64,000 nucleotides of DNA, taken from contig OZ249440.1 in the NCBI GenBank assembly GCA_965235115.1, positions 35,466,001-35,530,000 of the forward strand, written 5' to 3'. The notes beneath the pieces are model-generated. The model had not been told where the DNA came from and did not search any database. It was given only the letters and a program-made list of their open reading frames with translations. Of the stretch, positions 1 through 11,147 are shown piece after piece (position 1 is the first letter of the stretch; every line of letters begins with the position of its first letter). The DNA is from Laetmonice hystrix (Eukaryota). A program made the translations under genes and the position numbers.

Positions 1-2240
1 AGAAGGATTTCGTATGAAGGTCATTATGAATACAAGCAAGTTGATTTGAAAAAAGTTCATGATGCTCTCAGGTATTTAAAAGAAGAAATTGCAAATGTAC
101 ATTATGCTGACATTGAAATTGATCAATCAAGACATGTACAATGTGACAGTGAAACGGCTGACACTACCAATACTGATCAGCAACAAACGTGCAGAACATC
201 CCAAACCGACAACAATAATAAGGTGTCCAATGATAGTGAGGATGATGAACAGAATGATTGCGAGGATGTGAGAACAGGACCTCTGTTAGACACATTCCTT
301 ATGCCTGTTGACATGGTCCAGGAGGCCTTACCATTGTGTCCAGATAGTATTTTGTCTATTGCACCATGTGAAAAAAATAGACCAACAAATTTATATGCAA
401 ACAAATCAGGTGAAGCCCTTGCATTTCCAAATCATTTCTTGATGGTCGAAATACTTTAACAGAAGAAAGATCTGTTGAATTATCCCCATCAAAGTATTTC
501 CAGGCGAGACTGATGAACGTAGATAACCATTTCGCCAAGGACCCACAGTACATATTCTTTGCCTTGTACATCACAGAATTGAAATTCATGGCCAGCAACA
601 TAGCCATTGCGCTGAGAAAGGGAAGAAAGCAAACAAAAGATGGAAGGAAGATAACAGCAGGCACATTATCTCAGAGACAAGGCATCGATCATGTCACAAG
701 AGAAGATACAGGTTTCCGACATTTTCCCACACTTAAAAGGTTCACCGGATTACTGGAAAATGACCCAACACGATTTGTTTGCCATGATCAGACAACTTGG
801 TATTCCAACATTCTTTTGTACATTTAGCTGCAACAATGATTGGCCTGAAATTGTAACTGCTATTAAAGCTCAGCAGGGAGAAACAGTTGATGTTGATTCT
901 TTGTCATGGGAAGAAAAGTTCTAGCATCCAATCCCGTTACTTGTGCACGTATGTTTGATCATAGAGTAAAACTGTTCCTCAATGAAGTGATAATGTCTCC
1001 AGCAAAACCAATAGGTGAAGTGATTGATCACTTTTACAGAGTTGAATGGCAGGCAAAAGGAAGTCCTCATATACACTGTTTATTCTGGGTGAAAAACGCA
1101 CCAGTTCTAGACCAAGATTCAGACCAAGCTGTATGTGACTTTATTGATCAGTATATCTCCTGTCAAGTTCCACCTGAAGGTGACAAATTACATGAGAAAG
1201 TGACCCGATTTCAAAAACATAGTAAGCATCATACAAAATCACGCAAAAAGGGGAATCGCAAATTTAGATACAATTTCCCAAAACCAGTTGCTAAAAGCAC
1301 ATTTGTATCAAGACCTGCAACCATGCCTGACGGACAGTCACCAAGCAAGGTAGACATGCATTATGCATCTGAACAATTGTCAAAACTCAGAGACCTGTTG
1401 CATGATGGTGTTGAAAATGAAAATATGTCTATCGATGAGCTCTTTTAAAAAGCAGGACTGACATGGCAAACATATAAAAATTATTTCAAATTGCAACAAA
1501 GAAAATCGCCATTGTAAAGAAACGAGAATATAAAGACTGTTGGACAAACCCTCACAACCCAGCTCTCCGTGACATCTGGAATGCTAACATGGACATTCAG
1601 TACATCACCGACCCATATAGTTGTGTTATGTACATTCTGTCATACATCAGTAAGGCTGAACATGAACTCTCAGAAATTCTACGCAATGCTCAGAGACAGC
1701 TCAAAGAAGGGAACATTGACTTGAAAACTGAAATGAGGAAATTGGGAAATGTCTATCTGAACTACCAAGAAGTAAGTTGTCAGGAAGCAGCACATCGCAT
1801 GTGTAATCTACACCTGAAAGAATGCTATCGTGCAGTTGTTAACCTACCAGTGGATGAAAATGCATCAAGAATGAGTCTACCGTTATCACAAATCGAGGCT
1901 AAAGCAAAATGTAATGTTGAGGATGATGAAATCTGGATGAAAAACATTGTAGATTGATACATAGCACGACCTGATACGGTAGAGTTTGATAAGATGCGTC
2001 TTGCTCAGTTTGCTTCAGAATACAGAATGATTTATGGACAGGCAAAGTCTCCAAATACAATTACATTGAAAAACGACTGTGGTACAATAACGAAAAGAAG
2101 AAGTGAAAACTTTGCTGTGATTCGATACCCAAGACATTCCAAGACAACAAAAGAAATTTTATCAAGCTCAAATGAAGGTTTATTTGCCATGGAGACACCA
2201 GTGTCAATTAAAACCCCAAGCATATGCTACATATGAAGAA
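1..2240 (+). pseudogene. Helitron/Helentron Rep (HUH rolling-circle initiator) region, frameshifted; begins before the window
   Basis: ORF fragments carry KGSPDYW..DLFAMIRQLGIPTFFCTFS (motif 1), FYRVEWQAKGSPHIHCLFW (HUH motif 2) and MDIQYITDPYSCVMYILSYISK (catalytic Tyr motif 3); many frameshifts and stops. Confidence 0.9.
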
Positions 2241-2555
2241 TTCTTTGAAAACGGAGCAGTCAGACTGAGTGAAGATCATGACATTGAACCTGTGAAACGG
2301 ATTGTGAGTCAAAGTAGGCAGAAATATGAAAAAGATGCTGAGGTCTTGCAGGAAGCTTGGAAAATGATGCAAAATTCTCAGAATTTGGAAGATGCATGGG
2401 CCAGCATTGCCAACAAAGCGGAGATCAGTAGATTAGAAGCAGAGCAAGAAAACCTAGCTTTTGAAGACTGCCCTGATGAAGCATTATCAAAAGATTGCTG
2501 ACGAGGATAGAGGAAATATTCCAGGAGGACTCGATATAGACCACAGTGATGATGG

Positions 2556-3990
2556 ATGCGTTACCAAAGCTGTTGGGCCAATGTTAAAATGAATAAAAAG
2601 CAACAACAGGTATTTTACACAATACGAAAGTGGTGCCTATATAAAGTCAATAGTGAACGCCCTGAGCCATTTAAAATATCCCTTAGTGGTGCATCAGGTG
2701 TTGGAAAATCCCTCTTAATCAAATGTATCTACTATGAAGCTACCAAAATTCTGCTTGGGCAACAAAGTTACCAGAACCTACCACCAGTATTTCTGACAGC
2801 AACTACCAGACTGGCTGCCTTCAATGTTGATGGAACCACAGTTCATTCTCTTCTTAAAATAATTAAACCCCGCAAAGGCTCATACTTTCCACTGACTGAA
2901 ACTGTCTTGAATACCATGAATAAACCTTATGTGAAATGAAAATTTTGGTAATTGATGAAATTTCAATGATGAGAAGCAACATACTAAATTATGTGCACAA
3001 ACGATTGGGACAACTGAAACACAGTAAAGAACTATTTGGAGGTATATCTATTCTCGCTGTTGGTGATTTCTATCAGCTTCCACCTGTAAGAGACGGTTCG
3101 CCAATTTGTGTACCAAATGCCTGTGATTTGTGGATGGAAAACTTTAAGTGTGTTGAGCTTACAGAAATAATGAGACAGAAGGAAGATGCCGTGTTTGAAG
3201 CACTCTTGAATCGGCTCAGAACAAAGTCAAAAACTGAAAGTTTGGGTGAATCCGATACAAAGACACTGTTATCACAAATTACGCAATCTGACCAATGTCC
3301 ACAAGATGCTCTGTTTATCTATGCCAAAAATAAAGAAGTAGATGAACACAATAAAACAATGTTACAAAGTAAGTGCACACAGATCTTCGAACCACATCAA
3401 TAGCTCTAATATCACAGATCATCTGTGATATTAGAGCTATTGATGTGGTTCGAAACAGAAAGACTGAAAAACTGGAGGAAAAGCCCGCAACGAAATCAAA
3501 TAACAAAAGTGATAGCCTACCAAGTTGGTTAAGAATAGCAGTTGGGGCAAGAGTCATGGTAACGAAGAACATCGACACTGTACATGGAATAACAAATGGT
3601 GCCATAGGAATTATAACTGGAATATTACCACCACAACACGGTAAACCATTACCAGAAGCAGTGTGTATTAAATTTGACAATGAAAAAGTGGGCCGTGCAT
3701 TGACTGAAAAAAAGAATAACAGCACAGTTCCAGTTGGTTCAGTCAAAGTAATACCATATGAAGAATCCCTGGATCCTGTAGAACAAGAAAGAAAAGGAGG
3801 AATCAGGCGACAGTTTCCATTGAGATTAGCTTGGGCATGTACCATACACAAAGTTCAAGGGCTCTCAATGGACAAAATAGTGATTTCCATGAAAACCATG
3901 TTTGAATCTGGACATGCTATGTTGCCCTTTCTAGAGTGACAAACATATCTGGTCTCTATCTACTAGATTACAATGCCGATAAAATATACA
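2556..3990 (+). pseudogene. PIF1-family SF1 helicase domain of the same Helentron, frameshifted
   Basis: SGASGVGKS (Walker A), LVIDEISM (Walker B), VGDFYQLPPV, LTEIMRQKED and RRQFPLRLAWACTIHKVQGLS spread over ORFs 2556-2939, 2936-3403 and 3373-3939. Confidence 0.92.
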
Positions 3991-4065
3991 GGAATGAAGG
4001 AGTTGCACAGGGCTCGGAACTAATGGAAGCACTCGTACCAAATGAAATTTATTTCTCAGAAGGAA

Positions 4066-4570
4066 GGCTGGTAATTGTCCATCACAACGTTGAAGGTTTG
4101 TCCCAAAATTTTGAAAGTACCAGAAATCACTTCCAGATATTCTCTTCAGACGTTGTCTTATTGACGGAAACCTGGCTAACTTCTCGTGAAGACTTTCAAA
4201 GTTGCACCATCCAGACTTTAATTTTGTATCCCAAACAAGACGAGAAAGTTATGATATCAAATCAATGGCCACTCTTGAAAAGGGAGGTGTGGCAGTATAT
4301 GTGAGGAAAAAAAATCAATCATAGTCTGGTACAACTATCTGTCAGAGATATTGAATTCATTCCAATTGTGATTGTCACTGATAATAAACCATTAACTACT
4401 TGTGTAGTTTACAGACCATCCAGATATTCCACAAACTTATTCTGTCCAAATTTGAACAGCTTATCCGCAAAATGGAAGAAACTGTAAAGGATTCTGGTTA
4501 TGTAATTGCAGGAGATTTTAATGAAGATTTGATGAAAGGTCAGAACACAATACGAAACGTGATGACCCGC
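4066..4570 (+). pseudogene. AP-endonuclease (EEP) domain C-terminal to the helicase, as in Helentrons
   Basis: IVHHNVEGL, DVVLLTETWL, GGVAVYV (alternate frame), VVYRP (alternate frame) and YVIAGDFNEDL directly after the last helicase motif. Confidence 0.8.
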
Positions 4571-4900
4571 AGTTATTTACACATGCAGGCTTTGGGGCTG
4601 CAGGTATGGTATATAATGACCGTAGGTCTATATGATGTCATGATGGCACTAGCCATTTGTTTATTTATTTGTGTATGCTGCTTGCCTTTTGAAGGTGCTA
4701 TTTTTGATAGCCTGAATGCCAAATAAATTACCTAATCTCTCATACTGACATCCATTGCAGGCCGGAGATGAGCCCGCCCCTTGCGCAGAGCTTGGCACAG
4801 CAGCAAGGTATACATCACCTATGTCTCCCATCTTTGAGTCAGCACTTCTACTCTGGACACTGCTAAGCCTTCAAGACAGGTAACCTTTGTTTCTTAAATA

Positions 4901-5082
4901 CAGTAGACCTCGCATATAACAGCCTTGCATATACCAGACAATCGCTATAACGTACTGAAACTGGATCCTGGTCCCGTCTAAAGATAATTCAAATTAGCTT
5001 ATAACGTTATGCGTATAACAGACAGCAAATAACAGACAAAAATCTCTGGTCCCAATCAGTACGTTATATGCAAAGTCTACTG
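4901..5082. mobile_element. Tc1/mariner (pogo/Tigger-like) MITE
   Basis: TIRs CAGTAGACCTCGCATATAAC ... GTTATATGCAAAGTCTACTG flanked by TA on both sides (4899-4900, 5083-5084). Confidence 0.8.
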
Positions 5083-5192
5083 TAGGTATGACTAGCAGGT
5101 GCATAATTCCGATTTGAGGGGTATGTTTGCTATTTTTGATAGTCCGAATGCCAAATAAATTACCTAAGCTCTCATGCTGACATCCATTGCAG

Positions 5193-6390
5193 TCCAGAGA
5201 TGAGCCTTTGGCTGTGGCCGTTACAGCAGCAAGGTATACATCACCTATGTCTCCCATCCTTGAGTCAGCTCGCCCTGCAGCTGCTACACATGACACGTCT
5301 CAACCTACCGTGCAGCAAATACCAGTATGCCAGCTGGCACAGCCAGAGCCAGTGATGAGCAAGGACTGGAAGTTAGGCTTAGAATCATATGATATCAAAT
5401 GGGTAGTAAAGGCCCTGTGGAGGGCAAATGCCAAGGGAAAGCCAGAGCTGGTTCCAAAGGAGCAGCTAAAGTTATGGTGGTACCCACCTCAGCCCAAACC
5501 AACTAAAGCACTCAAGCCCGATTTGTTCTTTGCGAGGCCGCTGCTGTGCTGGATGCCCTACAAGATGTGGCAGCTCAGGCTCTGCTACAATGCCTGTGAT
5601 GGCTACCTTGTAGGTGCAGGCATTCACAGGAAAGTGAGAGCAGTCTTGGATATCGACAGTACCTACAATATGGTGACGGAATATACGAAGTGCAACAAAT
5701 GTAGTAAGGGATTCGTCAGCTGGAGCCCGGACATTCTGGAGCAGCTGGATCCAGGACACAGGGCACAATTTGCAGTTGTGCTCACCTACAGGTATGTCTT
5801 ATCAAAATGGCAGTCAATGAATTTACTTTCTCAGGGAAAAGATTCTGGAAATTGTGGATTTGTCCATTACATAAAATTTCACATCAAGGAGGGCACCATA
5901 ACACACTAAAGTAGATAATTATTCGGCAGGTTTATTATATATATCTGTTAATCAGGCGTTATGGCCACTGTCGGTGCTAGTGAAAATCTTATGCCTGGAC
6001 TTGTGGGTCAGAGTGTGTTAACTTGTGGGCCAGCCCTGCCAAACACTGGTCATTTTGAAAGTCAGCGTTTATTGTCAAATGATGCGGCAACGATTATCGT
6101 GGTGAAACAATCGTGAGAATGTATCTCTTGTATGGGCATGTTTAAGGAAATGGTTTAAAATTCTCCCTACACTCCCTTACAGATATGCCTGCGACGAGAG
6201 AGTAATTAGACTCCTCCGAGAGAGGACACTAGGGAACAGTGCGACCCGGCTTAACAAACAACTGCACGAGCAACACAGTGAGTGCTGGCTTAACCAAGTA
6301 GTTAAGTATGTTACTGACTGTGCACCATTCAAAACAGCGAGCTCTCTGGTGTCGTCAAGCATAGAAAAGTATCCACCGCCTCCAGGGTAT
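5193..6390 (+). pseudogene. Spliced gene fragment resembling the DUF6729 Cys-containing family (exons about 5193-5791 and 6183-6390), truncated
   Basis: LWWYPPQP..FFARPLLCWMPYKMW..GAGIHRKVRAVLDID..EYTKCNKC..WSPDILEQLD..LTYR; a GT-AG intron at 5792-6182 restores the frame into YACDERVIRLLRERTLGNSATRLNKQLHEQH; family name is from memory. Confidence 0.6.
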
Positions 6391-7109
6391 CAGGCGCTTT
6401 CCCCGCCGGCGTTTTTCCGGCGCTTTCCCACCCAACCAAATTACCCGCCGGCGTATTCCCCCTGGGCTTGCACCTACCCCCGGTCTATTCCCCATCGTCA
6501 TGGGGCCTGGGGGATTTGCAGACAAAATTACACAAAAAATTCAGAGGGGGGGAAAACGTCCATAGATTTTATTTAAGCAAGTTTGACATGATAGGAAACA
6601 TGTCAGACTTTCAAAATAAATCATTATTTTAGAAGGTGGTTGACTCCTGACCATTTGACCATTGCACCTTTGACCATTCAAAAAAAAGAATGATGTTTTT
6701 TTTTTATCCCATATCCCATACGGGATAGGACTGGAAAGGGTTTACACATATACATGTGTCCCCACACACACACACCCGCCCACCCCCCCCCCCCTGTCCA
6801 CTCACCCAGACAGGCGCGCGACTCTTGCAACACCCGACTGCATAGCTGACTGCAGGGAGACGATAGACACCCTGAAATAACCACACTACGTGCAATGGAA
6901 ATAATAATAACGGACTAAAAAATAACTTGCGGAGTTAGTTAGAAGTTAGTGGAACTCCACCTGACGGCAGCCACGGCGGCCAGTGAGATAGTTGTGGTGG
7001 TAGTCCAGACTTCACGTCTGTGGCAAGAACTACAACATCTCCCGCCAAATGTCCCCATGTCGCTTATAAAAATCAAACGCCTAGAGAACTGTACCATTCA
7101 ATATCCACA

Positions 7110-9225
7110 TCCTGAACAAGATGGAATGGGTAGACAGCAAAAGAGGGAAGAGAAAGCTTTCATATGAGGGGTATCTATACACCCAAAACAAAACATTGGC
7201 GAACGGGGTCATCTCATATCGAGTGTGAGATGCGCAGAAACCATAGTTGCAAAGCCCACGTTAGAGTGTTTGAGAATCAAATTGTCGCAACGCTTCACGA
7301 ACATTCTCACACTCCAGATGGTCGGAAAGCTGCCGTTGCTCGTATCCAGTCTACCATCAAGTAGATACATGTATAGTTATCAAAAATTGGTTGATGTTCC
7401 ACCAACTGATGCCAGTATCAACAGGCAGGAGTTTGCCGTGACATACACTGTAGTTGAATGCCAGATAAATTGATAAATCCATAACTGTCTTTTGGGGTTG
7501 TCTATGCCGTTCAGACTTATCTTAATGAACTATAACTTAAGGGTATACCCCGTATTCACACTGTAAAGATGTAACAATAAATATATATATTGCAGCGCTC
7601 CGGGAAGACTCTTGTAAAGTGGTGGTGTAGCATCCGGAGCAAGAGGCTGCACTGCCCAGCCACAGTCACCCAGCTGGGCGACAGCTTCACTCATGGGCCA
7701 CAGACACATGTTCATGCCTGACAACCGGGCCTCATAAAGAAAATAGAAATCACGGCAACGGTTAGTTTGGAAGGTGCGGAAACCCCGTATACAAATAATG
7801 CGATGTGCAGTTAGTTACATTTGGTCAAATTAGTTTCTTTTCACATAGTTATTTTTTATTGTCTATTTTTATAGGTAAAAAACAAGGCTGTTGAGAAAAC
7901 AGCTGCATTTAGGTCATCATCCGCCATAGTAAATGACGCCATGGACAACGACATCTACTCGTTGCCGGAGGCTGCAAGGCCAAATCCCCAGTATTTGGTC
8001 AACATTGCCAACCGGACACGGCAAGGGATGCGTCCTTCGGAGCCAGAGAACTTGGAGTTTATGGTATGTTTTTGTGACACGTCTTCTTATGATTGCATGA
8101 GGCTTGAATGTAAGATTGTAAAATGTATATCCCGCGTACATTGCGCTTTCTTTCATTAACGTATCACACTTTGACCTTTTTCTGTTACAGCTTGCTCAAG
8201 ATTTCGTGCCAGAAGAGTTCCTCGTGAAGGATATAATGGGGGATCGCTTTCACCATTTGTTGTTTGCGACACCGCAACAAATTAAAGTGCTCAGCATAGC
8301 GAAGACATGGTTTGTCGATGGGAGTGAGTGAGTGAGTAGTGGTGGTTTAGCGCCGTGTCGGCATCTGGGGCCATATTCACGGCGAAAACAGAGTTATAAG
8401 ACCATAAAACCAAAGGAACCTATTTTATCCCGGGTCCCAACGGGAACACCACCAAAACACATCTATAAAAGATTCAGAAGTCCAGCCTCTGACAAGAACT
8501 CTAAAATCACTCCTGGTCTGATATTGCTAAAAAGATCCTTAAGACTCGTCTCATTATAAAACCTTTGTCTGATGAGAGTAAAATCGCCACATTCGAGTAA
8601 AAGATGCTTCAGTGTCAAAGGACACTGACAGCCATAACATTCTGGAGGTGGCTCCCCCTTCAATAAAAACACGTGTCAATCTAGAATGACCAACTCTGCA
8701 TCGAGTAAAAACAATTTCATGCCTCCGTTGGGTTAGGCCATGATGAAACCTTTGGTTTACGATGGGACTGATCTGATACAATTTATTGTTTGGTTGCTCA
8801 TCCCATTCGGTTCTTAACGTAAGCCCAGATGGTAGGTCTGAGATCAGAGGCTGGGATTGGACACAGTTCGATGTCTGTTTCAAGAGCCCTTTTGGCAGCT
8901 CTGTCATCTTGCTCATTGCCCGGGATGCCAACATGACCAGGCACCCAACAAAAGTGAATATCAAAGTTTGCACTGGCAAGATCTGCCAACCTGGACAAGA
9001 TTTGGACGATCACTGGGTGATCTGTGTTCAAGTTAGCGAGTGCTTGCAGACAGGATAAGGAATCCGAGAAAATGAGGAAGTCCTTTTCATTAGAAACTTC
9101 AATATTTTGAAGGGCAAGAAGCAGGCCCCGGGCCTCTGCTGAGAAGATGGAACTTTGTCGATGGCACATTTAAAGTTGTTGGTCGTCCCTTCGACCAACT
9201 CTTTTCAATCCACGCCTTTCTAAAC
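7110..9225 (+). pseudogene. MULE/Mutator-like transposase pseudogene with two FLYWCH-type zinc fingers, spliced, interrupted by a LINE
   Basis: C..C..H.H fingers (CEMRRNHSCKAHV..HEHSH at about 7225-7310; KWWCSIRSKRLHCPATV..HVH at 7617-7715); in-phase exons 7596-7760, 7875-8063 and 8191-8321 ending TWFVDG; resumes at 9160 as DGTFKVVGRPFDQLFSIHAFL. Confidence 0.8.
8322..9153 (-). mobile_element. 5'-truncated Nimb/I-group LINE (RNase H end, C-terminal zinc finger, 3' UTR, (ACTC)n tail)
   Basis: Reverse complement closely matches 40233-41099; IFSDSLSCL and WVPGHVGIPGNE motifs; 11-bp TSD TTTGTCGATGG at 8311-8321 and 9154-9164. Confidence 0.92.
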
Positions 9226-10667
9226 TGACTCCCCTAAGTCCCCTTATGGCCAACGTGGAGTCTATTTTCAACTGGAACCAGACCCAGTTATCAGATCAGC
9301 AGATTTACAAAATAACTAAATATGGTGAGGTACAAATGTATATATAATTTAACATGCAAAGTATAGCTACATGTATTGTGATTTACGCTGTCATTCTTAT
9401 CAGATCAGCAGATTTACAAAATAACTAAATGTATTACACGTAAATTCCCGTCGGTGTGGACGGCCATATAGGATGGTATAACGTTACATGTACATGCAAA
9501 CAACCGTATGTGTGTGAAATTAATAAAAGCTGGTAAAAAAAACTTTTGTTGCTCGGCTGACCAATGCAGGTAAAATAGCCTACAGAAAAAAAAACAGAGA
9601 AAAGAATGAGAAAAGGAAGAAACTTACAGTGCTGTTTAATGTTGTAGTATTTCTTCTTGCCCATTATAGTTGTCCTTGGTGTCCTTCTATAAGATTGCGG
9701 ATTCATTGCCCAAAGATAATCAACATGTAGATTGTATGGTGACCCCAACACAAAAAAAAACTTTGTGACAATATTGCGACTTCCTTAATTAATTAGCCGA
9801 GTTTTGCATGCTCACTTCGTTCATAAGCGTCTGCACATACATATTCTTGGAAAGATCCTATATAGCCTTTAACTTGATATTGTCACAGTCTTGATTGGCA
9901 CCCCCCCCCCTGACCTTGGACATTGCCTGCGTGACGTAATCAATGTAGGATCATCAGCTCTTGTTACAGACAGTCATATGGAGATTATTGTTAAGTGGTT
10001 CGGTTTACCTGAAAGAACCTCTAGATAATATGTATGTGGATGAAACTGTGACATCACAATATTATTTTGAGCTCCAAGTTTATCGGCTGTTAGGAATTGT
10101 AAAATAAACACCATTATGGAACAGATTGTGTCTCTGTCTAGATTTTAATTTATTATAGACGTATTTAGGAAAATCTTATTTACCTTGATCCAAAGCGGCT
10201 GCAATGATATATGCCTCATTAATATTTACCTTGATCCAAAGCCTATGCCGAGTAGGCTTACCCATTGTGCCCCCTCCCCATTGATAGGCCTACAGAATAA
10301 TCCTGCCTAGCCCCTATAATAATGATTACTTTCCAAAATCCCCTAGGGCCTACTTGAGGCAGTTCCGGCATAACTAGCCACATGCAAAGACGACAGATAG
10401 TGATTTGGCTGGCTCCTCAAGTGAAGACGACAACAGTAATGTAAACCTAAGTTATTAAATTAAATAGACAGCGTGATGACACTGCACTGCAGCAGTGCTG
10501 CTGACGCGAATGCAGTCAGTCATTTTGTTGCGGCTAGGCTTCGCAGCCGCTTGACATTTAGTACAGTTGGCCTCCCCCGTATATATATGTATGCCTATAT
10601 ATTATTACTGTATACTTTACTATCTCTGTATGTTTGTATAGTCGAATCCTTGTGCTCGTTATGTATA

Positions 10668-10759
10668 GGTATTACACTGAAACGAGGGGTGATATGGTTC
10701 TGCCGCGAGGCGAAGCCGAGAGGTCAGAACCATATCAGTCCGAGTTTTTGTGTAATACC
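10668..10759. repeat. Imperfect palindrome (hairpin) centred on CGAGGCGAAGCCGAG
   Basis: Arms GGTATTACAC/GTGTAATACC and TGATATGGTTCTG/CAGAACCATATCA. Confidence 0.75.
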
Positions 10760-11072
10760 AGACATACACATCACGGGGTAAGTGTTGACTTGCCTTTTGG
10801 TACATCGTTATGTAGATTTCGATTGAAAGAATTCAGTTTTTACTGAAAAAAAAACGAATCTATTGGCCCCAGTGCACTCAGGTGTGTGATATGTGGAACA
10901 TAATACACTCTCAGCGCACCATATCGCACTGTTGCGAGACGGAAATAACATGTAAACACCATGCACGCCTGTCGTCGCGGTTCGCTGACCCCTTCTTTGA
11001 CCGACCACATATTGACCATGACCTTGGCATTTTTGCAGCACACAGGACAGATTAGCCTGGTAGTAGATTACA

Positions 11073-11147
11073 GCGGCTTCTGTGGTGTAATGGTTAAAGT
11101 CGTCGCCTCGTGAACCGAACATCGCTAGTTCGAATCCCCTACGACAC
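11073..11147 (+). other. tRNA-like sequence (pseudo-tRNA or SINE head)
   Basis: Pol III A-box TGGTGTAATGG (11083-11093) and B-box GTTCGAATCC (11128-11137) at tRNA spacing; acceptor and anticodon stems pair poorly. Confidence 0.5.

Noticed and set aside
11073..11147. Functional tRNA gene
   Set aside because: Acceptor and anticodon stems do not pair convincingly; kept only as tRNA-like
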